Shown here one piece after another: positions 53,346 through 63,276 of a stretch of 64,000 nucleotides of DNA. Made by a program: the position numbers and the translations under genes. A model generated the notes under the pieces. The model saw only the letters and a list, made by a program, of their open reading frames with translations, was not told where the DNA came from and searched no databases. Location of the stretch: assembly GCA_963422305.1 (NCBI GenBank), contig OY729422.1, forward strand, positions 4,076,696 to 4,140,695, given 5' to 3'. This DNA comes from Bryobacterales bacterium. GTDB lineage: Bacteria > Acidobacteriota > Terriglobia > Bryobacterales > UBA6623. Numbering within the stretch: the first letter of the stretch is position 1; the number at the start of each line of letters is the position of its first letter.

Positions 53346-54821
53346 CTAGTTATCGTTCTTTCTCAAGACATCGAAGTAATTCTGGATATAAGTACGATAC
53401 TCTGCCGGGATTTCGTCGCGGCTGACGTCGCCGCCTCGGTCGGAATGGCTTGTCGTTCGGTTGTTGAACGGTACGGCTGCAGACTGTTCGGCGAACCGCG
53501 TCTCGACCGTAACTTCGCCGGTCATGTTTTCCGCGCGATCCATGAAGAGTTCTTCGAGTTCTCCCATGACCTGCATCTGCTCGGCTTCAGCCAACTCCTT
53601 AGACCCTTCGTTGCTTCCCGCGGCCGAGGCGCTCTCGCCGCTGCCGGGCTGTTCGTTAGAGTCTTCTCCGCCCGGTCCCGACGCTTCGCCGGCATCGCCG
53701 GCTTGATCGGCTGGTTCGCCGCCTTCCATTTCGGCGCTTGAGGATTGCTCGCCCGGCATATCCGATTCGCCTTCGCCGGCATCGCCGCTCTCGGCGCTTT
53801 CCTCGCCGGAAGTCTCGTCGGCGTTGTCCCCGGGATCGCCGCTTTGATTCGAAGCCATGTCGAAGGTCTCGATCATGTTCTCGAACGCTTGCTTGAGCTT
53901 ATCGAGCAAGCTTTGCGATTCATCGTCCCAACCCTCTTCCGAGGGGGTCTCGGAATCGTCTTGCGGGCTGGCTTCCTCGTCCGCGCTCTTGTCGGAGTTT
54001 TCATCGAGGCCGGCGGAGGGAGTCTCGAACAGCATATCTCCGTCTTCGATATCTTCCTGCGGATTGACGGCCAGTCCCTCGACCTCGGGCTTCCATTCGG
54101 GATCGCCGGGATGCGGTTGGAATTCTTCTTCGGGTAGCAAGGGCGAATCGAGCGGTTGCTCGGCCTCCTCGCCGACCGGCAACTCGGGAGAATCTTCCGC
54201 AAACGCCGGGACGGCCCTCGGCTCGTCGACGATTGCATGGCGCTCGATGACGGCTTCGCGGCTCTGATTCCAATCGTCGCCGAAGAACGCTGCCATGACG
54301 ACCGAGGGCAGTGGCGGCTGCATCGAAAACCGCGGCTGCAACACGGCGCGAATGGCGAACAGCAGCAGACCGGCAACGGCGAGTGCAGCGGCCGCTCGAA
54401 CGGTCAGCGGCGATTCGTCGGGGAATACGGACTCCAGTCTGACCGTCGAGGACGCTTTACGGGCGCGCTCGTATTGAACGCCCGCGAAGGGACTGACGGC
54501 GCCGGCGGTCCGAAAATAGTAAGCAGTGGCGAGTTGGTCTTCGAGGCCCCAGCGGCTATCGATCAGTCGCGCGATCGCATATGATTCGGGCTCGTACTCC
54601 CGCCGCCGATTCCAAGCCAAGTAAATACCGAGACAGGCGACCAGAAACACCAGAAAAACCGGGAAGAAATCGGCGCCGAAGAACAACAGTCCGCAGACGC
54701 CGCCCAGCAAGAAAGAAAGCGCCAGGAACCGCTCGCGCTTGGAGATTTGGGCGGCAATTCTGCGGCGGCCGTGGTCAACGATAGACTCGACCACGTCTAA
54801 ATTTGCGGGGAGGGAGGCCAT
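53346..54821 (-). CDS. Membrane-anchored, extremely acidic hypothetical protein (stop abuts MoxR start: TAGATG)
   Basis: N-terminal TM hairpin (FLALSFLLGGVCGLLFFGADFFPVFLVFLVACLGIYLAW) and a third TM. A ~200-aa D/E/S/G-rich low-complexity region follows. The conserved-looking C-terminus reads DEIPAEYRTYIQNYFDVLRKNDN. The start is uncertain (54821, 54845 or 54995). Confidence 0.65.
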   Translation of the reverse strand: MASLPANLDVVESIVDHGRRRIAAQISKRERFLALSFLLGGVCGLLFFGADFFPVFLVFLVACLGIYLAWNRRREYEPESYAIARLIDSRWGLEDQLATAYYFRTAGAVSPFAGVQYERARKASSTVRLESVFPDESPLTVRAAAALAVAGLLLFAIRAVLQPRFSMQPPLPSVVMAAFFGDDWNQSREAVIERHAIVDEPRAVPAFAEDSPELPVGEEAEQPLDSPLLPEEEFQPHPGDPEWKPEVEGLAVNPQEDIEDGDMLFETPSAGLDENSDKSADEEASPQDDSETPSEEGWDDESQSLLDKLKQAFENMIETFDMASNQSGDPGDNADETSGEESAESGDAGEGESDMPGEQSSSAEMEGGEPADQAGDAGEASGPGGEDSNEQPGSGESASAAGSNEGSKELAEAEQMQVMGELEELFMDRAENMTGEVTVETRFAEQSAAVPFNNRTTSHSDRGGDVSRDEIPAEYRTYIQNYFDVLRKNDN

Positions 54822-55064
54822 TCGGCAGAGAAGAGTTCCAACCATTATAGGGGTCGTAGTCGGAAAAGGGAGAGGCCGCGCGGAAGCAAGTCCAGGATGG
54901 ACTGCATGACGAACCCAGCTGTTCAATACCGGCAAAAATGCCCCCCCCCGCAGTTTTTCCGCGGGCTGCTCGCCGCGGCCCCCTGCTAGCCGCACGCCAT
55001 TTCTAATCCCTCAAGAGCTTGACTCCCTTCCAATACATCTGTACTCTCTACTCCTCACGATCCG

Positions 55065-55928
55065 TTGAATGCCATGAACTTGCAGATGCCGCAGGGCTCC
55101 GGTTTCGTACTACTGGCCGCAATTACGGTAGTGGCGCCGGCCTGCGCCCAAACCCCGCGGGAGCTTACCGTAAGCGATGCCGTGGCATCGTTGCAGCGCG
55201 GTGATTTCGAGGAAGCGATTCGCGTCGCCGACGGCTTGCTCGAAACCGAGACCCCCAACCTCGCCGCGTATTGGGTGCGCGCGAAGGCTTACGAGCAGTC
55301 CGCTGATTTCGCCTCGGCAATCAAGGATTACATGGAGTTGCTCGAAAACCGCCCCGGCGATCCGCAAATCCACAACGCCATCGGGTCCGCCGCTTTCAAG
55401 AACGCTGACATCGAACGCTCGATCGAAGCCTTCGACGCCACAATCGAGCAGGAACCTGCGCAGGAACCGCATCACTGGCAGCGCGGCATCTCCTACTATT
55501 ACGCCGAACGCTTTGAGGATGGCGAAGAGCAGTTTCAAATGCACCGGGAAGTGAATCCGCAAGACGTCGAGAATGCCGTCTGGCACTTTCTCTGCGCGGC
55601 TCCTCTGATCGGAACCGTCAATGCCCGTGCTCGGCTGATTCCCATCGACAACGACGCCCGCGCGCCCATGATGGAGATTTACGCCCTGTTCCGCGGTGAA
55701 GCGAACGCGGACGACGTAATGGAGCGAGCCCGCAAGGCGCCGACACCCGATGAATTAGCCGGACAGATGTTTTACGCTCACCTCTATCTGGGGCTGTATC
55801 ACGAAGCCTACGGTCGCACAAAGGCCGCGGCCGAGCACATCGCCAAGGCGGTGCATGACTACCCCATGAGCCATTACATGTGGCACGTTGCGCGGGTTCA
55901 CCAGCAAATCCGCAGCCGCGGGCGGTAG
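55065..55928 (+). CDS. Secreted TPR-repeat protein, NlpI-like architecture
   Basis: Signal peptide ...[15 protein letters not shown], followed by TPR-like helices ([34 protein letters not shown]...). Size and repeat layout resemble NlpI. Confidence 0.7.
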   Translation: MNAMNLQMPQGSGFVLLAAITVVAPACAQTPRELTVSDAVASLQRGDFEEAIRVADGLLETETPNLAAYWVRAKAYEQSADFASAIKDYMELLENRPGDPQIHNAIGSAAFKNADIERSIEAFDATIEQEPAQEPHHWQRGISYYYAERFEDGEEQFQMHREVNPQDVENAVWHFLCAAPLIGTVNARARLIPIDNDARAPMMEIYALFRGEANADDVMERARKAPTPDELAGQMFYAHLYLGLYHEAYGRTKAAAEHIAKAVHDYPMSHYMWHVARVHQQIRSRGR

Positions 55929-55992
55929 CCCGCCCCGCGCGGCGGTTTTGCTCTGCACTCTCCGCCTCCGGCAGCGGCCGATCGGTGGTACG

Positions 55993-57210
<1,218 letters not shown>

Positions 57211-57274
57211 CCGCGGCGTCATCGACGAAGATGAGGAGTTTCGGAGTTCCCCGTCACCCGTTTATTGCTTATTT

Positions 57275-58267
57275 CTAAACATCGCGGACACAGCGGAATC
57301 CCAGATTCGCCGTCGAACTGTCCGCTGTGTTCGAAGAGCGCGCCGCGACGCGATAACGGTTGCAGTAAGAGGCGTGGCACAAGAACGAGCCGCCTTTCAT
57401 CACACGCGCCTCGCCGCCGGGCGGGCCTACCGGATTCGATCGGGTTGCCGTAACGTGATACGCGGGGTGAAACCAGTCGGCGCACCATTCCCAGACGTTG
57501 CCGGTAATCGAATAAATGCCGTATCCGTTGGGGGGGAACGCATCGACCGGACACGGTCCCCTGTAGCCGTCCGCGCCGCTGTCCTCCGCCGGGAAACGCC
57601 CCTGCCAGATGTTGCACAGATGCTTGCCTCCGGGCTCCAGCTCTTGGCCCCAAGGATAGGTGTTTTGTTCGAGCCCCCCGCGGGCCGCGTATTCCCACTC
57701 GGCTTCGGTAGGCAGGCGCTTTCCGGCCCAGCCGCAATAAGCTATGGCGTCGGCGTGGGAGACGTGCGTGACCGGGCAATCCTTGCGCCAATCGATGCTT
57801 GAATCCGGACCCTCCGGGCGCGCCCAGCTCGCGCCGGCGACTTTGCACCACCACTCATGGCCGGCGACCGTATCGTCGACGAGCTCGTCGTATGCGCCTT
57901 CGGGAATCTGATTGCGGAAAACGAACGACCAGTCGAACCGCTCCGCTTCCGTCTTGTATCCGGTTGCTTCGACGAACTCCTCGAAGGCCTCGATAGTCAC
58001 CGGAAACGCGTCGATGTAGAACGGATCGACGTGAACTTCGCGCACCGGCCCCTCGCCGTCGGCAGGAAATCCCAAATCGGTCTCGGCGCCCATGAGAAAC
58101 CTTCCGCCGTCGAGCTCGATCATTCCTTCTACGGAACCCTTGTCGGCTTTCCGGCGGCACTCCGAAAAAGCTCTCGACTCGGCTAAAACCCGCGCGCGGT
58201 CGATGCTCGGCGCGCAGCAGGGGTGTATACCTGCTATCGGCATCGGCGCCGTGATTCTGCTGCTCAC
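57275..58267 (-). CDS. Formylglycine-generating enzyme (SUMF1/FGE family)
   Basis: GGRFLMGAE...VHVDPFYIDAFPVT...LPTEAEWEYAARGG...GNVWEWCADWF...VMKGGSFLCHASYCNRYRVAARSSNTADSSTANLGFRCVRD. An internal start at 58243 is possible. Confidence 0.9.
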   Translation of the reverse strand: MSSRITAPMPIAGIHPCCAPSIDRARVLAESRAFSECRRKADKGSVEGMIELDGGRFLMGAETDLGFPADGEGPVREVHVDPFYIDAFPVTIEAFEEFVEATGYKTEAERFDWSFVFRNQIPEGAYDELVDDTVAGHEWWCKVAGASWARPEGPDSSIDWRKDCPVTHVSHADAIAYCGWAGKRLPTEAEWEYAARGGLEQNTYPWGQELEPGGKHLCNIWQGRFPAEDSGADGYRGPCPVDAFPPNGYGIYSITGNVWEWCADWFHPAYHVTATRSNPVGPPGGEARVMKGGSFLCHASYCNRYRVAARSSNTADSSTANLGFRCVRDV

Positions 58268-59181
58268 TATCGGCTCTCCGTCACGGTCGTGACATTGATG
58301 GGAGCGTTGTCCTCCACCACCGCGCGTTCGCGGAGCGCATCGACAGCGGCTTCCAGCGCCTTCGTCCGGCGGTCATTCATCAGCTCTTTTTCGATCTCGG
58401 ACGCAACGTCCTTGAGCGGCTTTAAGCCGGCGGGCCTGCGGTCGACGAGCTTGGCGATGTGAAACCCGAAAACGGTTTGAAAGACCTCGCTCGTCTCGCC
58501 GACATCCAGGGCGAAGACCACGTCTTCGAACTCGGGAACCATCTGTCCGCGGGGGAACCAGCCCAGGTCGCCGCCGTTGCCGGGGCAGTCGGACTGCTTG
58601 TCGGCGATATCTTCGAAAGCGCGGCCCGCCTGCAATTCGGCATACAACTTGTCAATGACTTCCCTGGCCTGCTCTTCACTCACGTCCTTTTCCACGTGCT
58701 TGACGATGTGCGCGGCGCGCAAGGTTTCCGGCGTCTTGAAGCGTTCTTTGTTCTTGCGGTAGAACTCCCCGACTTCTCTGGACTTCGGCGGCTTCGCCTT
58801 CGAGGCAATGCGGCCGATCAGCGCATCGACCTGCAGCCGTGTCTCGACCTCGTTACGGATCTGTTCTTCGTCGATGTCGGCTTCCTTGAATTTTTTCTCG
58901 CCGCCGGAGCGTTCGACGACCTCGGCCAATGTCTTGCGCACATCTTCTTCGGCGAGAGGCGCGGGGTCTCGCAGAGCTTCTTGCCGCAGCAGTGTCTGCT
59001 CAATGACGTTTTCGCGCGCCCACTCGACGGCGCGCTGCTCCATGGCTTCGGGCGTGAGGCCGTATGTCTGCCGCTCCTGCTCGGATAATTGACGAAAGCG
59101 CTGCCGCAGGCTTTCCGCCTCGCGCGCCGGCACGGCATCGTCCACTTTTTCTCCGTTTATGACCAGGCCCATCCCGGTCAT
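58267..59181 (-). CDS. PpiC/parvulin-type peptidyl-prolyl cis-trans isomerase
   Basis: RAAHIV...DCPGNGGDLGWFPRGQMVPEFEDVVFALDVGETSEVFQTVFGFHIAKL is a parvulin domain. No signal peptide is evident. The start may be 59181 or 59172. Confidence 0.8.
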   Translation of the reverse strand: MTGMGLVINGEKVDDAVPAREAESLRQRFRQLSEQERQTYGLTPEAMEQRAVEWARENVIEQTLLRQEALRDPAPLAEEDVRKTLAEVVERSGGEKKFKEADIDEEQIRNEVETRLQVDALIGRIASKAKPPKSREVGEFYRKNKERFKTPETLRAAHIVKHVEKDVSEEQAREVIDKLYAELQAGRAFEDIADKQSDCPGNGGDLGWFPRGQMVPEFEDVVFALDVGETSEVFQTVFGFHIAKLVDRRPAGLKPLKDVASEIEKELMNDRRTKALEAAVDALRERAVVEDNAPINVTTVTESR

Positions 59182-59799
59182 TGTACCCGCCGCCGGCCAT
59201 GTCTTGGAAGGCTGGGCGGCATTGGGCGTCCGCCCCGGCGCCGATCCCTTCCATCGCACCCCTTGCTGCTACGCAGTCCAGCCGAGCTACGGCGCGCTCG
59301 CCCTGACCACTCCGCTGGCGCGGCATGCCCTGATGTCGTCCCAATGCGCCCATGCCCAAGCCTCCAGCCAAGCGGCCATCAGCCTTGGGGCCACAAGTTC
59401 TAGGCAGAGAGGGTGACCCCAGCGACAACTGGCGAATTACGGCTTTCCCGTCAGATGAATAGTCGAATTGAATAAGCATCGTCGCTTCTGCCCACTCATA
59501 CGTCGTAGCCGAATGGTGGCTCTCTCCGCATCCGGATACCGTGGGGCGGGGCTGGCGGCGGAGTCTATCGAGCGGCTCAACACGCCCGGCGACACACTGC
59601 GGGGGATGGCGAGTGGCGCGGCGACGCCGTAAATGGACCATTGATAATATTTTTAGTTCCTAACGCCGCGAGAACTGTCGTTCCGAACAAGCCGGGCATC
59701 GTTGCGCATGATTCCTCACGCCTGAGCGAAGCGCCGGACTGAGTTCCGTTTGGCAAGCAGCGCAGCAGCGCGTGCTACGATACTCTCGAGGTTGAATGA

Positions 59800-60129
59800 A
59801 TGTCCGAACTCGCACAGAAAAATTGCATTCCCTGCCATGGCGGTGTTCCTCCGCTCGAGGGCGAGGAACTTTCGCATTTTGCTGCGCAAACCCCCCAATG
59901 GACCGTTGTTGACGGCCGCCACATCGAACGCGAGTTGACCTTTCCCGATTTTCACCAGGCGCTTGAATTCACCAACAAGGTCGGCGAGTTGGCGGAACAA
60001 GAAGGCCACCACCCCGATATTTACTTGGCGTGGGGCAAGGTCGGGATCAAGATATGGACCCACAAAATCAATGGATTGACGGAGTCCGACTTCATTCTCG
60101 CGGTCAAGATCGATCTTTTACAGCCGTAA
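59800..60129 (+). CDS. phhB: 4a-hydroxytetrahydrobiopterin (pterin-4-alpha-carbinolamine) dehydratase
   Basis: ...FHQALEFTNKVGELAEQEGHHPDIYLAWGKVGIKIWTHKINGLTESDFILAVKID, the signature GHHPD motif. 109 aa. Confidence 0.9.
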   Translation: MSELAQKNCIPCHGGVPPLEGEELSHFAAQTPQWTVVDGRHIERELTFPDFHQALEFTNKVGELAEQEGHHPDIYLAWGKVGIKIWTHKINGLTESDFILAVKIDLLQP

Positions 60130-60186
60130 TTGGGCCGCTCGCTATACTAAGCCGTATCTTTCGCGGAGCGTCAATCGCGCCCAAGC

Positions 60187-61809
60187 ATGAAAAATCTTCG
60201 CTGGTTGCTGCTGATCGCCACGGTTGTTACGGCGTCATCGATTGTGGGCGGGCGCTTCGGCCGGCGCATAGGCACCAACGGCAATCTCATTGAAACGGGT
60301 CCTCTCGAGCCTTATCTCGCCCAGGCCGCGAGCCTCACACAGCTGCTCGATGACCGCTTCATGAACCCCATCGACTGGGACAAATCCATTTATTCCGGCG
60401 CGATCCCCAGCATGCTGGCGACGCTCGACCCGCACTCGACATTCTTCGACCCGCAAGCATTTCAAAGAATGCGCGAGGAACAGCGTGGCAGTTACGCGGG
60501 CGTCGGCATGCAAATCGTCAACTTCCAGCGGCAAACCGTGATCGACTTTCCCTTCCCGCACACGCCCGCGTTCAAGGGTGGCGTGCTGCCCGGCGACATT
60601 ATCGAAATGGTCGATGACCAACCGACCGACGGACTCGATGTAGTCGATGTGGCCTCACGAGTTAAAGGGCCGTCGGAAACGACCGTCCACCTCAGCTTGT
60701 CGCGTGAAGGAACCGATGGTTGGATCGAGATCGATCTCGAACGCGCGAATATCCCGCGGCTGACAATCCCGATTCAAACGGTTTTCGATGGCAAGGTCGG
60801 TTACCTGCGGGTGGAAAATTTCGGCGACACGACCACCCACGAATTGAACCGCGCGATCAACAATCTCGAAGAACGCCGGATCGAAGGTTTGTTGCTTGAC
60901 CTGAGAGACAACAAAGGGGGATTGCTGACCGCCGGGGTACACATGGCCGGGCGGTTTCTGAACGAGGGCGTCAGCGTGGTGTCGCACCGTGGACGGGCCT
61001 CGCGGGAACGCAGGTACGATTCCCCGGCGGGCAGCGGCGCCCCTCGCTACCCGATGGTGGTGCTGGTCAACTGCAATTCGGCGTCCGCGTCCGAGATTGT
61101 CGCCGGCGCTCTCCAAGACCACGGCCGCGCCCTGATCGCCGGGATGACCACGTTTGGCAAGGGCTTGGTGCAATCCGTGTTCACCCTGCCGGAATCGACC
61201 GGAATGGTGCTGACGACGGCGCGCTACTACACTCCGAGCGGACGTTTGATTCAACGGCCTTATGAAAACATTTCACGCAACGAATACTACGGTAATCCGT
61301 GCAGCGAGCACTACCGCCCCGCCCAAGGGCCGGCTAGATTGACCGACAACGGCCGCAAGGTTTACGAGCAGGGCGGGATTACTCCCGACATTCGAATCGA
61401 CGAGCCGCGCCTGACGCCGACGCAATCGGCAATTCGCCGCCGGCGTAGCGTAGAGCGGTTTGTGACCAAGCTGCGGGCTTCCGGGTACGCAATGACACGC
61501 GGCCAAAATCCCTCGCCCGAGTTATTGCTCCGCTTGGAAAATTTTCTCGTCAGTGAAAATATCGTCGAAGACAGAAAATATCTGGCCGAGGAACGCGCTT
61601 TCCTGAAGCGTTCGCTAACAACCCATCTGCATATTTCATACTTCGATTACTACGAAGGCTTACGCGTTCTGGCGGAATTGGATCCCGTCGTGCGGCGCGC
61701 CCGATCGCTGTTGGCAACCGCCGACCGCTTGCTTCACGGCGAAGTGGACGCGCTGTCTCAGTACGAATCGCAGTTCGACGACTCGCCGCTCACGCGAGCG
61801 GCTCAATAG
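60187..61809 (+). CDS. S41-family C-terminal processing peptidase (Ctp/Prc-like) with PDZ domain
   Basis: N-terminal TM, PDZ (GVLPGDIIEMVDDQP), LLLDLRDNKGGLL, and NCNSASASEIVAGALQDHGRALIAGMTTFGKGLVQS (catalytic Ser/Lys region). Confidence 0.9.
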   Translation: MKNLRWLLLIATVVTASSIVGGRFGRRIGTNGNLIETGPLEPYLAQAASLTQLLDDRFMNPIDWDKSIYSGAIPSMLATLDPHSTFFDPQAFQRMREEQRGSYAGVGMQIVNFQRQTVIDFPFPHTPAFKGGVLPGDIIEMVDDQPTDGLDVVDVASRVKGPSETTVHLSLSREGTDGWIEIDLERANIPRLTIPIQTVFDGKVGYLRVENFGDTTTHELNRAINNLEERRIEGLLLDLRDNKGGLLTAGVHMAGRFLNEGVSVVSHRGRASRERRYDSPAGSGAPRYPMVVLVNCNSASASEIVAGALQDHGRALIAGMTTFGKGLVQSVFTLPESTGMVLTTARYYTPSGRLIQRPYENISRNEYYGNPCSEHYRPAQGPARLTDNGRKVYEQGGITPDIRIDEPRLTPTQSAIRRRRSVERFVTKLRASGYAMTRGQNPSPELLLRLENFLVSENIVEDRKYLAEERAFLKRSLTTHLHISYFDYYEGLRVLAELDPVVRRARSLLATADRLLHGEVDALSQYESQFDDSPLTRAAQ

Positions 61810-61919
61810 CCCTTCACGGCGAAAGTCCCGCGGAAGACGCGTCGTGAGCTTGCTTTCCACCATCCACCGGCCGCTCCGGCGGCATTTTGGGGCTACAATA
61901 GAGACGCGCGGTTTCTGCT

Positions 61920-63272
61920 ATGAAATGCTTCCTTAGCTTGGCCGCCGTCCTGCTCGCAGCGCAAGGGAAGGCCGCCCCGGTCAGCTATTACAACGACGTT
62001 CGGCCTGTAATTCAGCGCTACTGCTCAGGCTGCCACCAACCCGCGAGCAAGATGAGCGGCTTGGTATTGACCGCATACACGGGCATTCTCAAGGGCGGTA
62101 AGAAGCACGGCCGCTCGATTACCAAAGGGGCGCCGGACACCAGCCCGTTGGTGCAGTCGGTCAACGGCTCGATGGAACCGCGCATGCCGCTTGGCGGTCC
62201 GAACCTCCCGGACGAAGCCGTCGGGTTGCTGGCGCGCTGGGTGAAAGAAGGAGCGGAAGACGACACGCCGGCGGAAGCAAGAGCGCCGCAAATCCCCAAA
62301 GAACCGCCGTCCTATGCACAGCCTCCCGTGATCACCGGCATGGCGTTTTCGCCGGACGGTCAAACGCTTGCCGTCGGAGGCTTCAAAGAAATCATTCTGC
62401 ACAAGGCCGACGGATCGGGCATCGAATCTCGACTGCTTGGCCGCGCGGACAAGATTCATTCGCTTTCGTTCACGCCCGACGGCGCTTCGCTCGTGGCGGT
62501 CGGCGGCACGCCGGCCCGCTTTGGCGAGATCCAAGTCTGGGACGTCGAATCGAGGAAGCAGATACGCTCGATCATAGCGACTCCGGACACGCTTTTCGCG
62601 GGTGATGTTTCGCCCGACGGCAAACAGGTCGCGTTCGGCGCGGCTGACAAGACCGTGCGCGCGGTGGAGTTGGAGACCGGAAAAGAACTCTTCAAGGCCG
62701 GCCACCATGAAGATTGGGTGCTGCAGACGGTTTACGGAATCGACGGCAAAAGAATTGTTTCGGTCGGCCGCGACCGCGCCGCGAAGCTGGCCGATGCCGG
62801 GTCCGGCGCGTTTCGCGAAAACGTCAATCTTCTGCGCGAAAAACTCTATGCGATCGCGCGGCATCCCCGCCGCGATTATATTTTGATCGGAGGCGAAGAC
62901 CGCGTTCCGTATCTCTACACGATGGACCGCCCGCGGGCGCTGAAGATTGCCGACGACTCGACCTTGATCCATAAATTCGAAGAACAGGAAGGCAAGATTT
63001 TTGCACTGGCGTTCAGTCCCGACGGTTCGCGCATCGCGGTCGGCGGCATCAGTTCGGAGGCTCCGATCTACGATTCGGAATCCGGAGACCGGGTCGCCTC
63101 CTGCAAGGGTCACAGCGGAGGCATTTTCACGATTGCCTTCCACCCCGGTGGGAAACGACTCGCGACCGCGGGGTTCGACGGCGTGGTGCGGCTTTACGAT
63201 ACCGCCACGGGCAAGCAGCAAAAGGCGTTTATCCCCGTCCCTATAGAAGATAACGAGCGAGAGGCGAAGTAG
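61920..63272 (+). CDS. Secreted PSCyt (CxxCH) domain + WD40 beta-propeller protein
   Basis: Signal peptide, then YYNDVRPVIQRYCSGCHQPASK...EAVGLLARWVKEGAEDD (PSCyt1-like). About 7 WD-like blades follow (..FSPDGQTLAVGG.., ..FTPDGASLVAVGG.., ..FSPDGSRIAVGG.., ..FHPGGKRLATAGFDGVVRLYD). Confidence 0.85.
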   Translation: MKCFLSLAAVLLAAQGKAAPVSYYNDVRPVIQRYCSGCHQPASKMSGLVLTAYTGILKGGKKHGRSITKGAPDTSPLVQSVNGSMEPRMPLGGPNLPDEAVGLLARWVKEGAEDDTPAEARAPQIPKEPPSYAQPPVITGMAFSPDGQTLAVGGFKEIILHKADGSGIESRLLGRADKIHSLSFTPDGASLVAVGGTPARFGEIQVWDVESRKQIRSIIATPDTLFAGDVSPDGKQVAFGAADKTVRAVELETGKELFKAGHHEDWVLQTVYGIDGKRIVSVGRDRAAKLADAGSGAFRENVNLLREKLYAIARHPRRDYILIGGEDRVPYLYTMDRPRALKIADDSTLIHKFEEQEGKIFALAFSPDGSRIAVGGISSEAPIYDSESGDRVASCKGHSGGIFTIAFHPGGKRLATAGFDGVVRLYDTATGKQQKAFIPVPIEDNEREAK

Positions 63273-63276
63273 TCCG

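Noticed and set aside
53560-53850. Possible DNA tandem repeat in the acidic protein gene (cttcgccggcatcgccg occurs twice, ~85 nt apart)
   Set aside because: It reflects low-complexity GDAGE(A/G) coding sequence. There are only two imperfect copies and no regular period, so it is not a repeat array or CRISPR.
59000-59641. 213-aa minus ORF upstream of and overlapping the parvulin gene
   Set aside because: It overlaps the PPIase 5' region in a different frame, its composition is Arg/Gly/Ala-dominated, and it has no motifs. It is treated as non-coding.
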